A stretch of 61,239 nt of DNA, the filler included, from Sluysia triapertura (Eukaryota): NCBI GenBank assembly GCA_046118255.1. It is 4 parts of 4 records of this genome, joined end to end, with 100 filler letters (N's around TTAATTAATTAA, not from the genome) between each part and the next. Parts side by side here need not be neighbours in the genome. Positions count along the whole stretch, not along the records: positions 19,978 to 38,824 come from JBJNIA010115307.1; positions 38,925 to 49,980 come from JBJNIA010189541.1; 2 more parts are not named here. One strand, given 5' to 3'. The notes beneath the pieces were generated by a model that saw only the letters and a list, made by a program, of their open reading frames with translations, ran no database searches and was not told where the DNA came from. Each line of letters begins with the position of its first letter. The stretch's first letter is position 1. A program made the translations under genes and the position numbers. Positions 26,161 through 39,910 of the stretch are shown piece by piece.

Positions 26161-28989
26161 CTGCAAATAAATGTGTAACATGATATAAATAACTATTATT
26201 AATTAAAAATACAAAAATATTAATAACCTTGCAATAAAAAAAATTTAGACTTTAATTGCCAAATTAATAATAAAAAAATACATACATAGTTATAATACAA
26301 TAAAACGAAAATGACTACAAAATAAACAAATCAAAGTATAAAAATAATCAATATATTCTTTTATTATCATTTTATCAACACAAATATTATTCAATCACCT
26401 AATTTTTTATAATTTGCTGATAAAACTTTCGATATTTATCATTTCTAAACAATTTGTAGTAAACTCTGAAAGCATAAGCATCATTATACCTACCACATAT
26501 CTTGGTTTCTGTGTTTCTTATCCTTTTAATGGTGACCAGTATACTTTAAGATAAGGTTATTTATGAGATTTTTTTAATTATCATTGGCTTTATATTGTAT
26601 CATATTAAATTTATATTAATGCAAAGTTTGGTTAGTTTATTTTATATCGTTAACTTTCTCATGTCAAGAGTTCTTTTACATCTGTCTTGTAAAATATAGT
26701 TATAAAAGATAGAAGTGAATTGTTTCAATTGAATGACAAACTTATAGTCCATTTTATGTTTAAATTACATAAACACTAAATAACTATTACTAATAGAAAC
26801 TTTACTAAAAATTATTTCATATTAATTTTTTTCGAAATATTTTAATTAAGTAGATATTTATTTAAATTACTCGTGACTTAATTGTCAATCACAATAGAAT
26901 TAGTCATTAAGATTATAATTTTGTATTTTTCCTATTTTTTTTACCAATTTAATATCAAATACACAAACGATTTATCTTCAAATTTATATCGAATTTATAA
27001 TAAATTACCTTTACCGATTTTACATCGAATGTAGAACTATCTTCTTCACCAATTTACCTCAAATATATTAATAATTTTCCTTTCTCAGCCTTTTATTTTT
27101 ATAATCTTTTTATCTCTTGTTAGAATAGCTATTTGGCCCATTGTAATGGTCAAGTTATATTTCTTATGTATTGGTATTTGTTAGTTCTTTATTTTGGCTT
27201 GCTTTCACTCTAATGTATACCATATGTTTTTAATACTTATTTCATATTGCTTTACACTATGGCTGATCCTACATTATTAAACATTTGGCAACATATGTTT
27301 TTCACTAGTCAAGTGTTTCCTTTTCTTACTGTGACTTGTTACTAACCCTTAACAATGATGTCACCGATAATACGACATTACCAATATGAACTATAAATCC
27401 ACTGTCGATGCTAGGACACCAGTATTGTGTTGATTGTGCTTATCTTAACGATTTATCAAATACCGTTCGCTTTGATTTTAAAAAGGTTTGTAACTAATGT
27501 AGTTTGTCATTAGGCTTGTATGTATAGGGTTAAAATTGTTACGATTATCATTATTTTTTATTTTACATAATTGAATCCTTACAATAATAATTAACTTCAC
27601 ACGTTTCGTATAAAATTGAGATTATGTGGCCATTGCTACAATCTATGTGGGCTATTTTATCCCAATCCAAGATGAAAAGCGGGTGATTTTTAGAGATTTG
27701 CGCAAAAAATAAATCTTTCAGTTTTTTATCTTATGATTATTTATTATAATTACATTTATTTATTAATTTCTTAAAATATTTATTAATATTAATAAATATT
27801 TATTATTTTATATTTATTCCCGTAAAAATGTGTTAATGGTTATCAAAAATAAGTCATATCGTAAAATCTTGAATGTTTATATTCTTTTGGAAAGGCATGG
27901 CAGTGTAATTAATATTTTGTTGATATATTTCTCGAGTAATATATGCATAAGCAACTTCGTCAGTTTCTGCAGCACTATTCATACTTTGTTGTTTGTTCAA
28001 CTCTACTTATTCAGGTAATCGAACTTTTTACTTGTTGTTATCACGTGTTCTTAATGTTTTACTCAATCGATTTAACATCATTATCACTATTACTAGCGCT
28101 ATTCTTAATACCATTACTATATACCTATTGAAAGTATCGTACAAACCAATTTGATATGTTATAGTTACACATTTCACTATTATTGTGGTGGTCTAATCTG
28201 TTACTCTAAATTTTAATTGCAAACCGACACATAATAAAACAAGCCCTAAGACCTTTAAATGTATCATTAACAAAAATATATAATGAAACTCCTCAGTAAT
28301 TCATAAAACTAATTCCACTTTAATTCTATCTTTAACATTTACTTCACTCAAACAAACATTTTTACCGTTCTACTACATCACATTCCCTTGTACCACCGAG
28401 GATAAAGAACTAAGATGAAATAGTTTACATGAAAATGAAAATGTTGCCCACAAACAACCAAGAAGAAATAGTTGAAGAATCACTCCTAGAACGAAACTCA
28501 TATATCGGCAACGGTAGTAAAGAAAGGACGGATGCATCAAAATTCGAGTCATAATCTCAACATTATATCAACATTATCACAATGTAGACTTCTTGTGTCT
28601 ATCAAAATAAATCATTAATCTGTACCATTATCTTGGAAATTATTGAACACGAATCTAAGCAATTTCAATTTCTGATAAAGATAAATCAATATAACACGTA
28701 CTTCAAGAATAAAAAGTTATTAAAGATATTTTTCGGCTTATTTTTCAAATAATGGAATTTACAGAATCACAAAAGAAATCGTTACGTAATTTAAGGTATT
28801 ATTTGGAAAAAAGGAACACTTAATTTTATTTATGTTTGTATAAAGGCAAAGAATATATTTATGTAATTGATCTTATGTAAGTAAAAAGAACAAAAAGTTA
28901 ATAAAACAATTCAAAGAATTAACTTAAAGATAATGTAATTCATCCATATTTTATTTTTTTATTAGTTTAATGATAATAACAATAATAAC

Positions 28990-29072
<83 letters not shown>

Positions 29073-29293
29073 TAGTATAGTATTAATGCTTTGGTTTTAA
29101 AAGTTTATTTATAAAAATAACAACTATATTTTCTATAGAATTATTTTGTTTGTATAATATTGATTTATTTTTTACCGCGTAAACAAAAGCTTGTTCTATA
29201 AATAAATAAATTGTGTTGTGGCACAAAAATTTTAAAAAATTTAAAAATATTTTAAAAAGTATTTTGCTGTTTACTCGATGTTTTGATTTTTGA

Positions 29294-30376
29294 ATGTGTA
29301 CAATTCTACTTAAACGTTATACAAGAACCGGACCGGTTGAATTTATGAAAATAATACAGATTGATGAAAAAGAAGATCGCATAATATGTTTGAATGAATG
29401 TTTCATTGTTCCTTCTTATAATCATAGTTATTACGAAAAACGCGCCTGTATCTACGTGGAAACTTCTGCTAACTTGATTCCCGCTTATTGTAAACAACTG
29501 TTCGTATTTAAAATTCAAGAAGAAGAGTTTATAAATTGGTATGATTTGGCTAAATTTGAAATGCTATCAGAAGATTTTATTATCAAAGGTTACATTGAAC
29601 TTTTAACCTGTTTTAGATCATATATTAATGAAGATTTACGTAAACGGACTAAATTGTTAACGATCTACGTACTAAAAATTCAAATGTATGCGATTCGGCG
29701 AAGTAATCATGTAGAAGCGTTCGAAATCGTATTGCGAAATCATGCTCAGCCTGTTATGAATGATCCGCTCGTTCCAGAACGCGTTCAGGAACTGTTGCGA
29801 AGCCTTCGAGTTTACATGTCGGCATTCTCGGTCAGATTTTATAGTTGGACGGCGGTTGAAGACGCCACTAGTGGTAGAATCGAGCAGGCAGCTGGTGCAT
29901 CATTGGGGAAACCAAGCTTTCAAGAAGATGAATTCCAAAGAAGAAAAACTGTTATAAAATCTCGTGGACTTCCGACTTTTGTATTTGATAAACATCTGAT
30001 GACTTTTTTATCATTTGAACATGATTGTCTAGCCCTTAACTTTACACGTAAGGTTGTTCATTTAGCTAAAAATTTATGTCATAATAAACTAATTGTAGAT
30101 ATGCTTAAAAGTTGCGTTAATAAAATCTTGGTATGTTTTTATATTAATTTTTATTTTCAAACTTTTAATTCAAAATATCTCGAGTGCCTCAAGCACGTAC
30201 GTTATAATACTAAACCATCACGTATTAAAAAAGAAATCATATTAAACTTAGATCGATTGTTTATTAAAACTTTAAAACCTAAATGCAGTATTGAAAAGAA
30301 AAAACCTACGCCCATAGACCTTAATCTGCCTTTTGGTTTGTTCAAGGGAATTATCAACCACAACCTTTTGTCGTAA
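29294..30376 (+). CDS. Orphan 360-aa ORF in the 3' internal region of a gypsy-like element
   Basis: Longest ORF in the window. The frame stays open for about 80 more codons after the TAA. It lies 5' of a hairpin + PPT + LTR. No family recognised. Confidence 0.65.
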   Translation: MCTILLKRYTRTGPVEFMKIIQIDEKEDRIICLNECFIVPSYNHSYYEKRACIYVETSANLIPAYCKQLFVFKIQEEEFINWYDLAKFEMLSEDFIIKGYIELLTCFRSYINEDLRKRTKLLTIYVLKIQMYAIRRSNHVEAFEIVLRNHAQPVMNDPLVPERVQELLRSLRVYMSAFSVRFYSWTAVEDATSGRIEQAAGASLGKPSFQEDEFQRRKTVIKSRGLPTFVFDKHLMTFLSFEHDCLALNFTRKVVHLAKNLCHNKLIVDMLKSCVNKILVCFYINFYFQTFNSKYLECLKHVRYNTKPSRIKKEIILNLDRLFIKTLKPKCSIEKKKPTPIDLNLPFGLFKGIINHNLLS

Positions 30377-30984
30377 ACCACCGACAACGCAATCTTGAGA
30401 GGACGACAAACTTTTAGACTTTTATACCCCGTGCCGCCCAAAATGATGTGCTCACGGATGGCTTTCGAAGTGATCTTGTTGGATTTGATCCGTGAGAAGG
30501 ACTTAACTTTCATCCCGAATTGTTCTGCTCCACCTCTCACTTTTTTCTAGTACTACTACATCTGTCTCTGATAATGTACAAAGTCTTCGACAACACTACC
30601 AACAGCAGCAACATCTAACGCTGCGAAAACATCGATGATACAACGTCGTCCTTCTACTATTAACAAAACACCATCAACATCAGCGACTGCAGCGATTTCA
30701 ACATCCAATCCGCTATCTCCTAGCCCAACTCACATTCCATACGGACTCAACACTGCTTTTCCATCCTTGAAAAAAGGGCGGTACCAGTCATGTCCAGCCC
30801 ACCTTACCCGTATCCATCATCATGGGACGAGGACAGTTAGACGAGGACGTGGATCTAGTCAATTAACTTTGATCCCTCACATTATGCAACATTCTATATT
30901 TGATTATTAAACATCTATTCTGACTTGATTATTATGTTTTATATGCAATCAAATATTGTCATTTTGGAATTTTTATTCTTTTCG

Positions 30985-31018
30985 GATTCGAGACGAATCT
31001 TCCCTAACGGGGAAGTAA
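30985..31018 (+). promoter_or_regulatory. Gypsy-type 3' hairpin and polypurine tract
   Basis: GATTCG-AGA-CGAATC hairpin, then TTCCCTAACGGGGAAGTAA immediately before TGTAAA. This is typical of Ty3/gypsy PPT-LTR junctions. Confidence 0.7.
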
Positions 31019-31399
31019 TGTAAATAATGTAAATTTAAAAGAAATTTTTGTAGAAAAGTTTTTTTATAAACACTGTAAAATAAAGAATTTGTATAAAAAT
31101 TAGATTAAAAAATTCTTAATTAAAAATGTATCATTAAAATTATTAATTAATTTTAAATTCAAAACAAATTAAAAAGGAAGTTAAATCAAGGAAATTAAAT
31201 TAAATTATTTACATTATTAAGTTTATTCAATCGTCCATATTTACATTATTTATCGAAAACAGATTAATAATAATTATTTCGTAAAAACTTAAATAAATAT
31301 TTATGTAAAAACGAAATTATTTATTTTATTCAAATACTTATTCATGGAACTTATTGACGAAAACGATATAAAAGGCATAACATTATAGCGAAGTACACA
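31019..31399 (+). mobile_element. Putative LTR (~380 bp)
   Basis: Starts TGTA right after the PPT and ends ...TACACA a few bases before a TGG-starting PBS-like site. Confidence 0.6.
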
Positions 31400-31404
31400 A
31401 TAAA

Positions 31405-31418
31405 TGGTAACAGCAACC
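31405..31418 (+). promoter_or_regulatory. Putative primer binding site
   Basis: TGGTAACAGCAACC between the LTR end and gag. TGG is complementary to the tRNA CCA end. The cognate tRNA was not identified. Confidence 0.5.
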
Positions 31419-31559
31419 TAATAACGACTAGGAAGACTACTTTAAATTGTCAAGTGATTGATACATATTCGTTTGGAGTTATTGATCGGTGGAATTTAGT
31501 GGAATCAACATTAATCGATACCAAATACATTCAGGAGTAGAAGATTTAAGAGATTGTAT

Positions 31560-33254
31560 AAAGCATCTTTCAGTAAATGTGAAACTTGCAGTTATTCTCC
31601 CAGAAATGCTGAAGTTTAATGAAAACGAAGAAGAATTATGTGATTTTTTATGAATATGACAGTGTTGCAGAAGTCAACGGCTGGTCAGAAATAGATAAAA
31701 TTAAGAGAATTCAAAATTACTTGACAGGAGTCGCTATTCAGACATAAATAGAGATTGAACCAGAAAAAGAAGATTGGACTACATTTCTGAATGCGTTCAC
31801 AGAAGAAATTGCTTTAGATGACATAGGTAAATGTCATCTTAGAATGTTAAATACTAGGAAACAAAGAGAAGATGAAACTGTTTACGAATTCGCATGTGCC
31901 TTAAAATGTTTAGTAGTAAGGGCTAAAATACCTAATGATAAGAAAGAAGCAATGTTAATAGATAAAATTAAGAATGGTCTACCATCGGAATTGCAAGTAT
32001 TCGTAAGTTTAATAGATAATAAGCCGTTTAAAGAAGTAGTGAAGACATTAAGATGTATCGAAAGATCACAGAAAGAAACTGAAAAATCACGAAAAGAAAA
32101 AGGTAATATAAATTATATAAATAAGGCTAAGACTATTAATGTAAGGAGTGAATCGCCTAAAAATAAGGATTATTTCGTGGATAGTGATTTTGAAATAAAT
32201 AAATTTCAAGAATATAAAAGAAGTTTAAACAGTTATAATTCAAGGAATAATTATCAGAATCAAAGAAAAAATTATCAAAATTCAGGAACGGGAAGAGATC
32301 ATCAAAATTCAGCCAGAAACTATCAAAATAAAAGAAATTATTCGAACAATGATTCCAGTGATTATGAGCAACGACCGCTTCTCAGATGACAAAGTATTGA
32401 TAGACAAAGAAATAATTTCGATAGAAATAAAATTCCATCTCGACCAAATTATAATAATTACAAAACAAGAACTAATACAGAAGGAGAAATAATATGCCAT
32501 AACTGTAATAAATCGGGACACTATGCTCGCAATTACCAAAAGTTGAAATCCGAAACTTTCAAGCAAAATCTTTAAAAAAACGACAAAGCTCTCCAAGAAG
32601 AGTAAAATTTGAAGACAAGGGACAAATCAATTGTAATTACGATGAAGATTACGAAGATTTTGGTTGTGAAAAATTCCACCAAGAATAACAGATGAAGAAA
32701 AAATGTTGCGAGTTTTGTAGAGCAAAGCTATATAGTATGGCTATGCACGAAGAAAGGAGAAAAACAAAGATAGAACAAGAAGACGAGGATGAAACATTTA
32801 TTAATTACTTTTTTTGGAAAAGGAGAATGAAGATAAAAAGAGAATAGTGAAAGTAGTAAAGGAACAAGAGAAACTGACCACAAAAGAAAAAGAAGAAAAG
32901 AAAAAGGTCGAAGGAATTATTAAAAGATGGGAAAACGATAATAATATAATAAACGAAGAAGAGTTAACCATGCAAACAGATGAATCAGTTAATGAATATG
33001 ACTTAGTTGATGATATAATTAAAGATTTAGATTCGATAATTATATTATGCAATGAAGAAGAAGAACAAATAATTGACTTGGATAACCAGGGAGAATTTGA
33101 TACTCCCAAACCAGCATTGATTGAAGAGGGAGAGGTATTTCTTACTGAATTAGAAAATGATGATGTTATCGATAGAAATTTTGATAAAATTTTGAATTTA
33201 GATTTAAATACGTTTAATGCAGAGTATCAAACCAAGTTTGGTTATATTAAGTGA
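31560..33254 (+). mobile_element. gag: Ty3/gypsy gag pseudogene with zinc knuckle and acidic tail
   Basis: EYDSVAEVNGWSEIDKIKRIQNYLTGVA...RKQREDETVYEFACALKCL...LIDKIKNGLPSELQ (retrotransposon gag), and ICHNCNKSGHYARNY at 32492-32536 (CCHC with last C to Y). Stops and frameshifts present. No protease, RT or integrase is visible downstream. Confidence 0.88.
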
Positions 33255-35029
33255 AACCAGCAACCCTCATCAATATAAAGAAAGAAAATTATTAAAAAAG
33301 ATTGCGTTAATGGAAAGAAAAACATATGCACGAAAGTTAATGAAAATTAACATTTCACTAAATGGACTTAATTCATGGAAATTAATTCATTTTTATTACT
33401 GAAATAAAAAATCAAAAAATTAATAAATTTATTGATTAAAAATCTAAATTTCTTGAAAGAGGTTTGCAGTAGCCTTCATGACTTCCAAAACAGGCAGTAC
33501 ATCAAATCAGAAACTACAAAAAACAGTTTTTAATTTAATCTCAACAGTTATTATATCTTCATGTCAACAGAATATTCAGTATCAGAATTTAACAAACATT
33601 TTTGGTGTTTTAAGCATTAATGTAGATATAAATATTAAAATATTAATGTAGATATAAATATTGATATAAATATTAAAATTCTTAATGAACCACCTTTTAT
33701 TTTTGTTGTACTTGATGATGCTGTGCGTGATCGTTATGGTAATGATTAAGATGTATTTTCTTTACGAGTTGAATTTTCTCGAAATTTTAAACGAAGTATT
33801 TCACGTCGTAATCACATTTTATTACGATTCAGATAACAGACGTAGTAGTAATATTAGTAATAATGAAGATTTAGTACCGAACAAAATGTATATACCAAAA
33901 TTGTAATATTAGTACTACACGAAATGTACGTACCAAAGTCATCCATTTGTACTTTCTACAATAATTATTGTAATGTTGCTCATATTCATAATTATAATAA
34001 CATTATCATGTATTATCAACACTTCCAGCTTCCTCAGACAATGTTTGTAAACGTCAAAAATTACCAAACTTTATCTGTGTCATTAAGAAATTTTATTCTT
34101 GATTTTTATTACTAAAAGTTATAATAAATTAACTAAAACTTATTGTTTTATTCACGAATTTAAGACCCATTTTTATATTAAAGATTCGAGCAATTTCGTA
34201 ATTATATTAAAAATTTTATTTTACTAACTAATAAGAGTTTTCATTAATGATCATGGTTTCAAATTTTATAAACAACTTCCAACTACTTATACTAAACCTT
34301 GAATTTAAATTTGCATTTAGCATTGACATTCATTTTTATAGGAAATAGCTGAAATGGTTTTTATTAAGAATATTAGGACTAAATGTCAGTCATTTTATTA
34401 TAGCGTTCTTATTGATTTTATTGGAGCATGATAAATGATTTTTAGTAGATAAGTAAAATATATTTTTGAATAGCAATTACATAAATATTTTTGCAGATTA
34501 TTAACAAATTCATAATATTAAATTTAAATAAATTAAGTAATAATACAAACTTATAACGAAAAACATTAATTGGTAAAAAAATCTAAAATAATTTGAAAAA
34601 AATATCATGCATCTAATAATGACTGAAAAGTACACTTATTTACTTATTATTATACTTATAATTTAGTCTTAATCAGCAAAACAAATAAGTAGTTTACATT
34701 AATTTTAGGAAACGAAATTTGTGATGAAATTATTTTTATCACTTTATAAAAGAATTTTATAATGCTTTTCAATAATAATGGACTACTTGGAAAACACTCG
34801 TCTTTCTTTAATAATTGATTTCAGTTATTTCAGCTATCTTCAATTTATGTTATACACAAGTTAAGTATTTATTGAAGTTGACTACTTAATTCAACAATAT
34901 ATGAGCTTTGTAACATTTTATTATTATTATTATTTCAATTATAATTATAATAATTTTTAAAATTATATATACATATACATATATTTTAAAAATGAAATTT
35001 GGTGACTGAAGATTGTGTCTATAGTAATT

Positions 35030-35640
35030 ATTATTTATTATTATAGTAATAATTATTGTAATCATTATTTATAAAATGATTATAAATCAGAACGCAACAA
35101 ATCTTTAACTCTACATATTTAACAAAATTCCCGATTTAAATTACACATTCCTCAATCATTTAACAGGTTTTCTTACACTCCTCTACAAACAAGAAATTCG
35201 AAAACATTCTAACCGTAAACCATTCTAAACAATAACTTTACACAAGACAAAGTCATCCTACAAATCATCCACAGACTCAAACAATTCACATGAATACCGT
35301 ATTAAAGCAAGATTAAAACTCGGATAGACATGCTTCTAGAACAACGAATAACATTTCGGAGAAGATAATCTGCACTGTACAGTACTCAATTCATTTAACT
35401 TTATTCACAATTCCAGATATCTTTAAGTACTTGTGGGACATATTGTGTAATAAGAATCAAAGAAACTAGCACACTTAAATTTCCAATGGAATATAAAAGG
35501 TTCAACAGAATTACAAACATTCTTTACCCGTTAAACATTCAGCTAAAATTCAAAATCACGTTCAATGATCATCAAACAATTCTCCAAGATCTCAACCTTT
35601 GTCATTTCGTAACCCACGCATCTTTATTTTCTTTCTAAAT
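35030..35640 (+). repeat. Dispersed repeat, probably a decayed LINE 3' region
   Basis: Shares CCTACAAATCAT, AAGCAAGATTA, TTCACAATTCCAGA and TTTCCAATGGAAT...CAACAGAATTACAAACATTCTT with 59390-59640 and 60690-60790. Confidence 0.6.
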
Positions 35641-38629
35641 ATTAAAGTATGTTAGATTATACAAAGTTCGAGTAAGAAATTATATTAAGAAATTGTTTCA
35701 ACTATGTTTAAATTTTTATTGTTACAGTTTTAAGTATTAATAAGTATTAAGAAGGCCTTTTGCCTCACTAACTTTAGTAACGTACTTAATTTACAACGAA
35801 ATCATCCTGACAATATTATCATAAATCTAAGGTATCTAAGATTACTTATCTGAATTTCATGTTGCTCATCCCCATACTCCCATGCCACACAACATTTTTC
35901 CACATTATGTTCTTCCGGTTGTAAAGTATTCTTATAACTTGTCATTAAACTCATTCAGATTTTTCCAGTAACGTGTTTAATACGAAACTATAACACTTCT
36001 AGAACACAAAAAGTGCAAAAGTTATCTTTGTAAAGGTAAAATTTTGTAAAATTATTTATGTGATAAAATTATTTAAAAATTATTTATTAAAACAATTTTT
36101 TTAAAAAAAGCAAAATAAAAATTTTAAATATATAATTAATATTTTAGATTGAAATTACTATTATGCGAATATTATTATTATTTAAAAAATTATAATTATT
36201 ATTTAAAATATTATTGTTTATGTGGTTTTAAATATAGGAAAAATACATTAAATAGGTACACGTGTTATTTGTTGTTTATTAATTATTTTAAGAATTTTTT
36301 TGATAAAATTTGAAGAAAAATATTTAAGAAGATATATTTAAAGAAAAATATTTCCAAGAATCTTTAAGAAGACATATTTAAAGAAGAATATTTTTAAATC
36401 TTTAGGAAAATATATTTGAAGAAAGTTACATTCATTGTTTTTGAAAAAATATATAGTGATTAATCGTTAGTTTTTTAACATTAAGTTAATTTTAAGTTTC
36501 ATAAAATACACGTAATTTTTAAAAACTAATATTCAGTAATTTTTAATTACAACATAAATTTGATTTAATAAATTGAATCAGTTAAATATTAATTACAATA
36601 TTAATATTATTAAACTTTATTGTTTTTACGATTCGTAACGTTTACACAAATTTGATAAAATTAATATTATTAAATAATACTGTATTGTGTTTGAGAGGTA
36701 ACATTAAATTACAATTCAATAATTTGGTTTAATATTTTTATGGAAATTGGTTATCGAAAATTTTTTGAACTGACATTTTATGTTTGATTTTCCAATTTTG
36801 AATTAATATCTACGAATTAGCATTTTGATAATCGTCTTTTGTATTAATAAATGGTTATATTGTCTTTGAGTCTTCTAATAATGCAGATAGATTTTTAATA
36901 AAATACTTAAATTAACATTTTCGCATCTTTGCATCGTGAATATGCACCATCAATTTTAAAAAATTATAATAAATTTAAAAGAAATTAATTGTAATACAAA
37001 TTAGAACCAGGAAGTAAACAAAACCGATAACAAATAACAAATAAACATCCAGTTTTTGTCTTTTCTAAAGCTGTGAATATATGTGCTAGCCCTTCAGTGA
37101 GTAAGTCCAGTATCATAGAGAACTTACGATAAGAATAAGGTATCTAATTTAAAGCGGATATCCACTCTTAATCATACTAATCACCATACTAAAATAATTG
37201 AATTACTGCAGAATTAATAATGTTGATGAAAATAATGACGTCAATGATAATAACGTGGGGATTTTAAAAGGAAGATAAAATCCTTATAGAATAAAATAAG
37301 ATTTTAACTTGAGTCCACCAACGTACTAGGCTTACCAGTTGGGGCTAGTCGTTGGATTTTTTGCATTTAAAAAGATTAACAATATAACTCAATGCTTGCC
37401 TAAATTTTGGAGGTATTTTACAGAATGGGAGTGAATTCAAATATTGACTGAATAAATAACAATTGAATTATTTAAGGAATTGTTTTCGTAAATCCTATGA
37501 AAAGGATTTGTAATAATTGATTTTACGTGATTAGAATTAAATTCTGATAAAGCTTTTAATGCACGAGCAATTTTTCATTTTGAAACTATGTAAATTATTT
37601 GTTGCTCAAATAACAAGACTTTTTCCTTGAATGTACATTAATAAAATTTATACAAAAATTCAATAATTATAATTAAGAAATAATAATTAACTAATAGATT
37701 AACTACTAGAGTTAATATTTTGTTTTACAATAAATTTTAATCTGATTTTTCCTAGGAACAGTTAAAAGGTTCCGTATATCTTTAAAAATAGATTTTGAGA
37801 GGATTTTACGTTGGATACTTATAAGTGTCGAATCCTACAAAAATAAGCTAACGTTTAAATTATTCAATCGTTAAACAAAAAGAAATTTTGATCAGTTGAA
37901 TGTTCCTTGAGAAGAAGTGTGTTTTGGACTATCAATTGAAGAGAAGTTTTCCTTACATGTTCTGAATCAACGAAACGCTGTTGTAGTTTTTTGAAATTTT
38001 ATTGTGTCTTAAAATTTTTTTCATGTGTATTTATGTATATTTTGTAGTGTCCTTGAAGTAATTTAAAACAAAACTATTTAAAATGAAATAATTTTAAAAA
38101 ATGAAATAATTCAAAACTATTTTAATTAATATTAATAAATTATTTTTATAAATTAATAAGCACTTACGCTAGTTTATTTCTTTAAAAAGAATTATTTCCC
38201 AAAAATATTATCAGTTATTAAAGTATAGAATAATAATCATAAACATAAATACGGATATACAGATATCACTTAAATACAGATATACAGAAACGTCATCATA
38301 TACAATAATGATAATAGTATTGATAATGTAATAAATGTTAATAATAATTATTATACGTAATAAATTAATGATAAAAATGGCTAAATGGTAATAATAATAA
38401 TGATAAAATGATTACAATGAAAATCAAAATATGCATAAATTTTTTTGTTCTTTTTCCGTATTCTTTATTCTTTAAAATACAAATATTTCTTAACATAAAA
38501 ATAACTAAAATTCGTTTCTTTCATAATTTAAGATATAAATTGTGATTTTAATGTTGTGAAATTGTGAATTAAAATATTTTAAATAAAGTTTGAAACGTAC
38601 AATCATGTTTTAAATAAAAATATATTTTG

Positions 38630-38824
38630 ATGTTGTAGGCCCTTTTGCTAATTTTATCCGGCCCGTTGAAAAATTCCGCACGCAAATTTTTTTAAACTCT
38701 TTTATGAGATTTTGTTGACATCAACATTATTAGTGTGCGTACTGCATATATAATAGGCGTAATAAAATGGGCGGTCGGCTGACTACACTAGTGTGGACGA
38801 TGTCGCGAGCTTGAAACAATCCTC
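38630..38824 (-). mobile_element. hAT (Charlie/SPIN-like) transposon 3' end
   Basis: The minus strand reads EDCFKLATSSTLV* (resembles the end of the hAT dimerisation domain), followed by the subterminal CGGGCCGGATAAA motif. Truncated by the gap. Confidence 0.55.
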
Positions 38825-38940
38825 NNNNNNNNNNNNNNNNNNNNNNNNNNNNNNNNNNNNNNNNNNNNTTAATTAATTAANNNNNNNNNNNNNNNNNNNN
38901 NNNNNNNNNNNNNNNNNNNNNNNNTATATATATATATATA

Positions 38941-39910
38941 GTAAGGCTTGTTTGTTAAAGAGTTTACATATTTTCAAGTCTTTGTTTGCTCTCTCAAAGG
39001 TGTAAAATCTAAAACAGCTTTTTACTATTGAAAAGGTAAAAAATGCAGTTCAAGCAAGGTGAAAATTATGTGATGTGTATGGAAAAGACGTATTGACGAA
39101 CGACAATGCCAAAATTTCGTCCCGGAAATTTCGATATTGAAAATGCACCATATTCTGGAAAGCCAGTTGAAGCCTATGAAAGGCATTGATAGATGTAAAT
39201 CGTGAACTCGGCCGTTCATTATCACGTAAACGTCTTGGCTTAATTTCAAAACTTGATATATGGGTTCCACGTGTTCTTACAGAACGAAATTTGTTTCGTC
39301 ACATTAACGATTGTTTCTCAAACGTCAAGAAAATGATCCATTTTGATTCAATCATTACTAGTGACGAGAAATGGGTTTACAAAAATGTTAAGTGCAAGAG
39401 ATAATTAGTAAAAAACATGAACCAGTTCAAACCACTTCGGAGGCCTATATGCTCTCTGTTTGGTGGATTTCAAGGAGATCGTTCTTTGACATTCTACCGT
39501 ACAATACCACAATTAGTTCTGAAGTGTACACGTTGAATGATTCACTTAAACAGAAAAAGCCAGAATTGATCAATAGAAAAGGTATAATGTTCCACCACGA
39601 TAATGCGAGACCTCATCGAAGTTTGGTAACTTGAATGGAATGTACTACTACGCCCACCACATTCTCCAGATTTACTATTGCTTGTTCCGGTTAATGCAAA
39701 ATTATTTGGACCTTCACTTCAAATCAGGTCGTCAATCATCAATTGGACTAGTTTTTTGCCAGCAAAGATCAGAAGTTTTATTAGCGTGAAATCAACCTCC
39801 TGCCCCAAAGATGGCTAAAGGTATTGGACCAAATGGAGAATAAAATGTTTACATACTCAAAAAATTGTGTTTCATTTTCACCAAAAAAATGAAATTATTT
39901 TACGAACCAA
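38941..39910 (+). mobile_element. Mariner (DD34D) transposon, decayed transposase
   Basis: KLCDVYGKDVL, KLDIWVPRVLT (WVPHEL motif), IITSDEKWV, FHHDNARPH, PPHSPD (YSPDL motif), LLPQRWLKVLDQ. Many frameshifts; a TIR-like 3' end. Confidence 0.95.

Noticed and set aside
38760-38824. GC-rich stretch resembling an SRP or other Pol III RNA end
   Set aside because: Better explained as a hAT transposase C-terminus plus subterminal motif.
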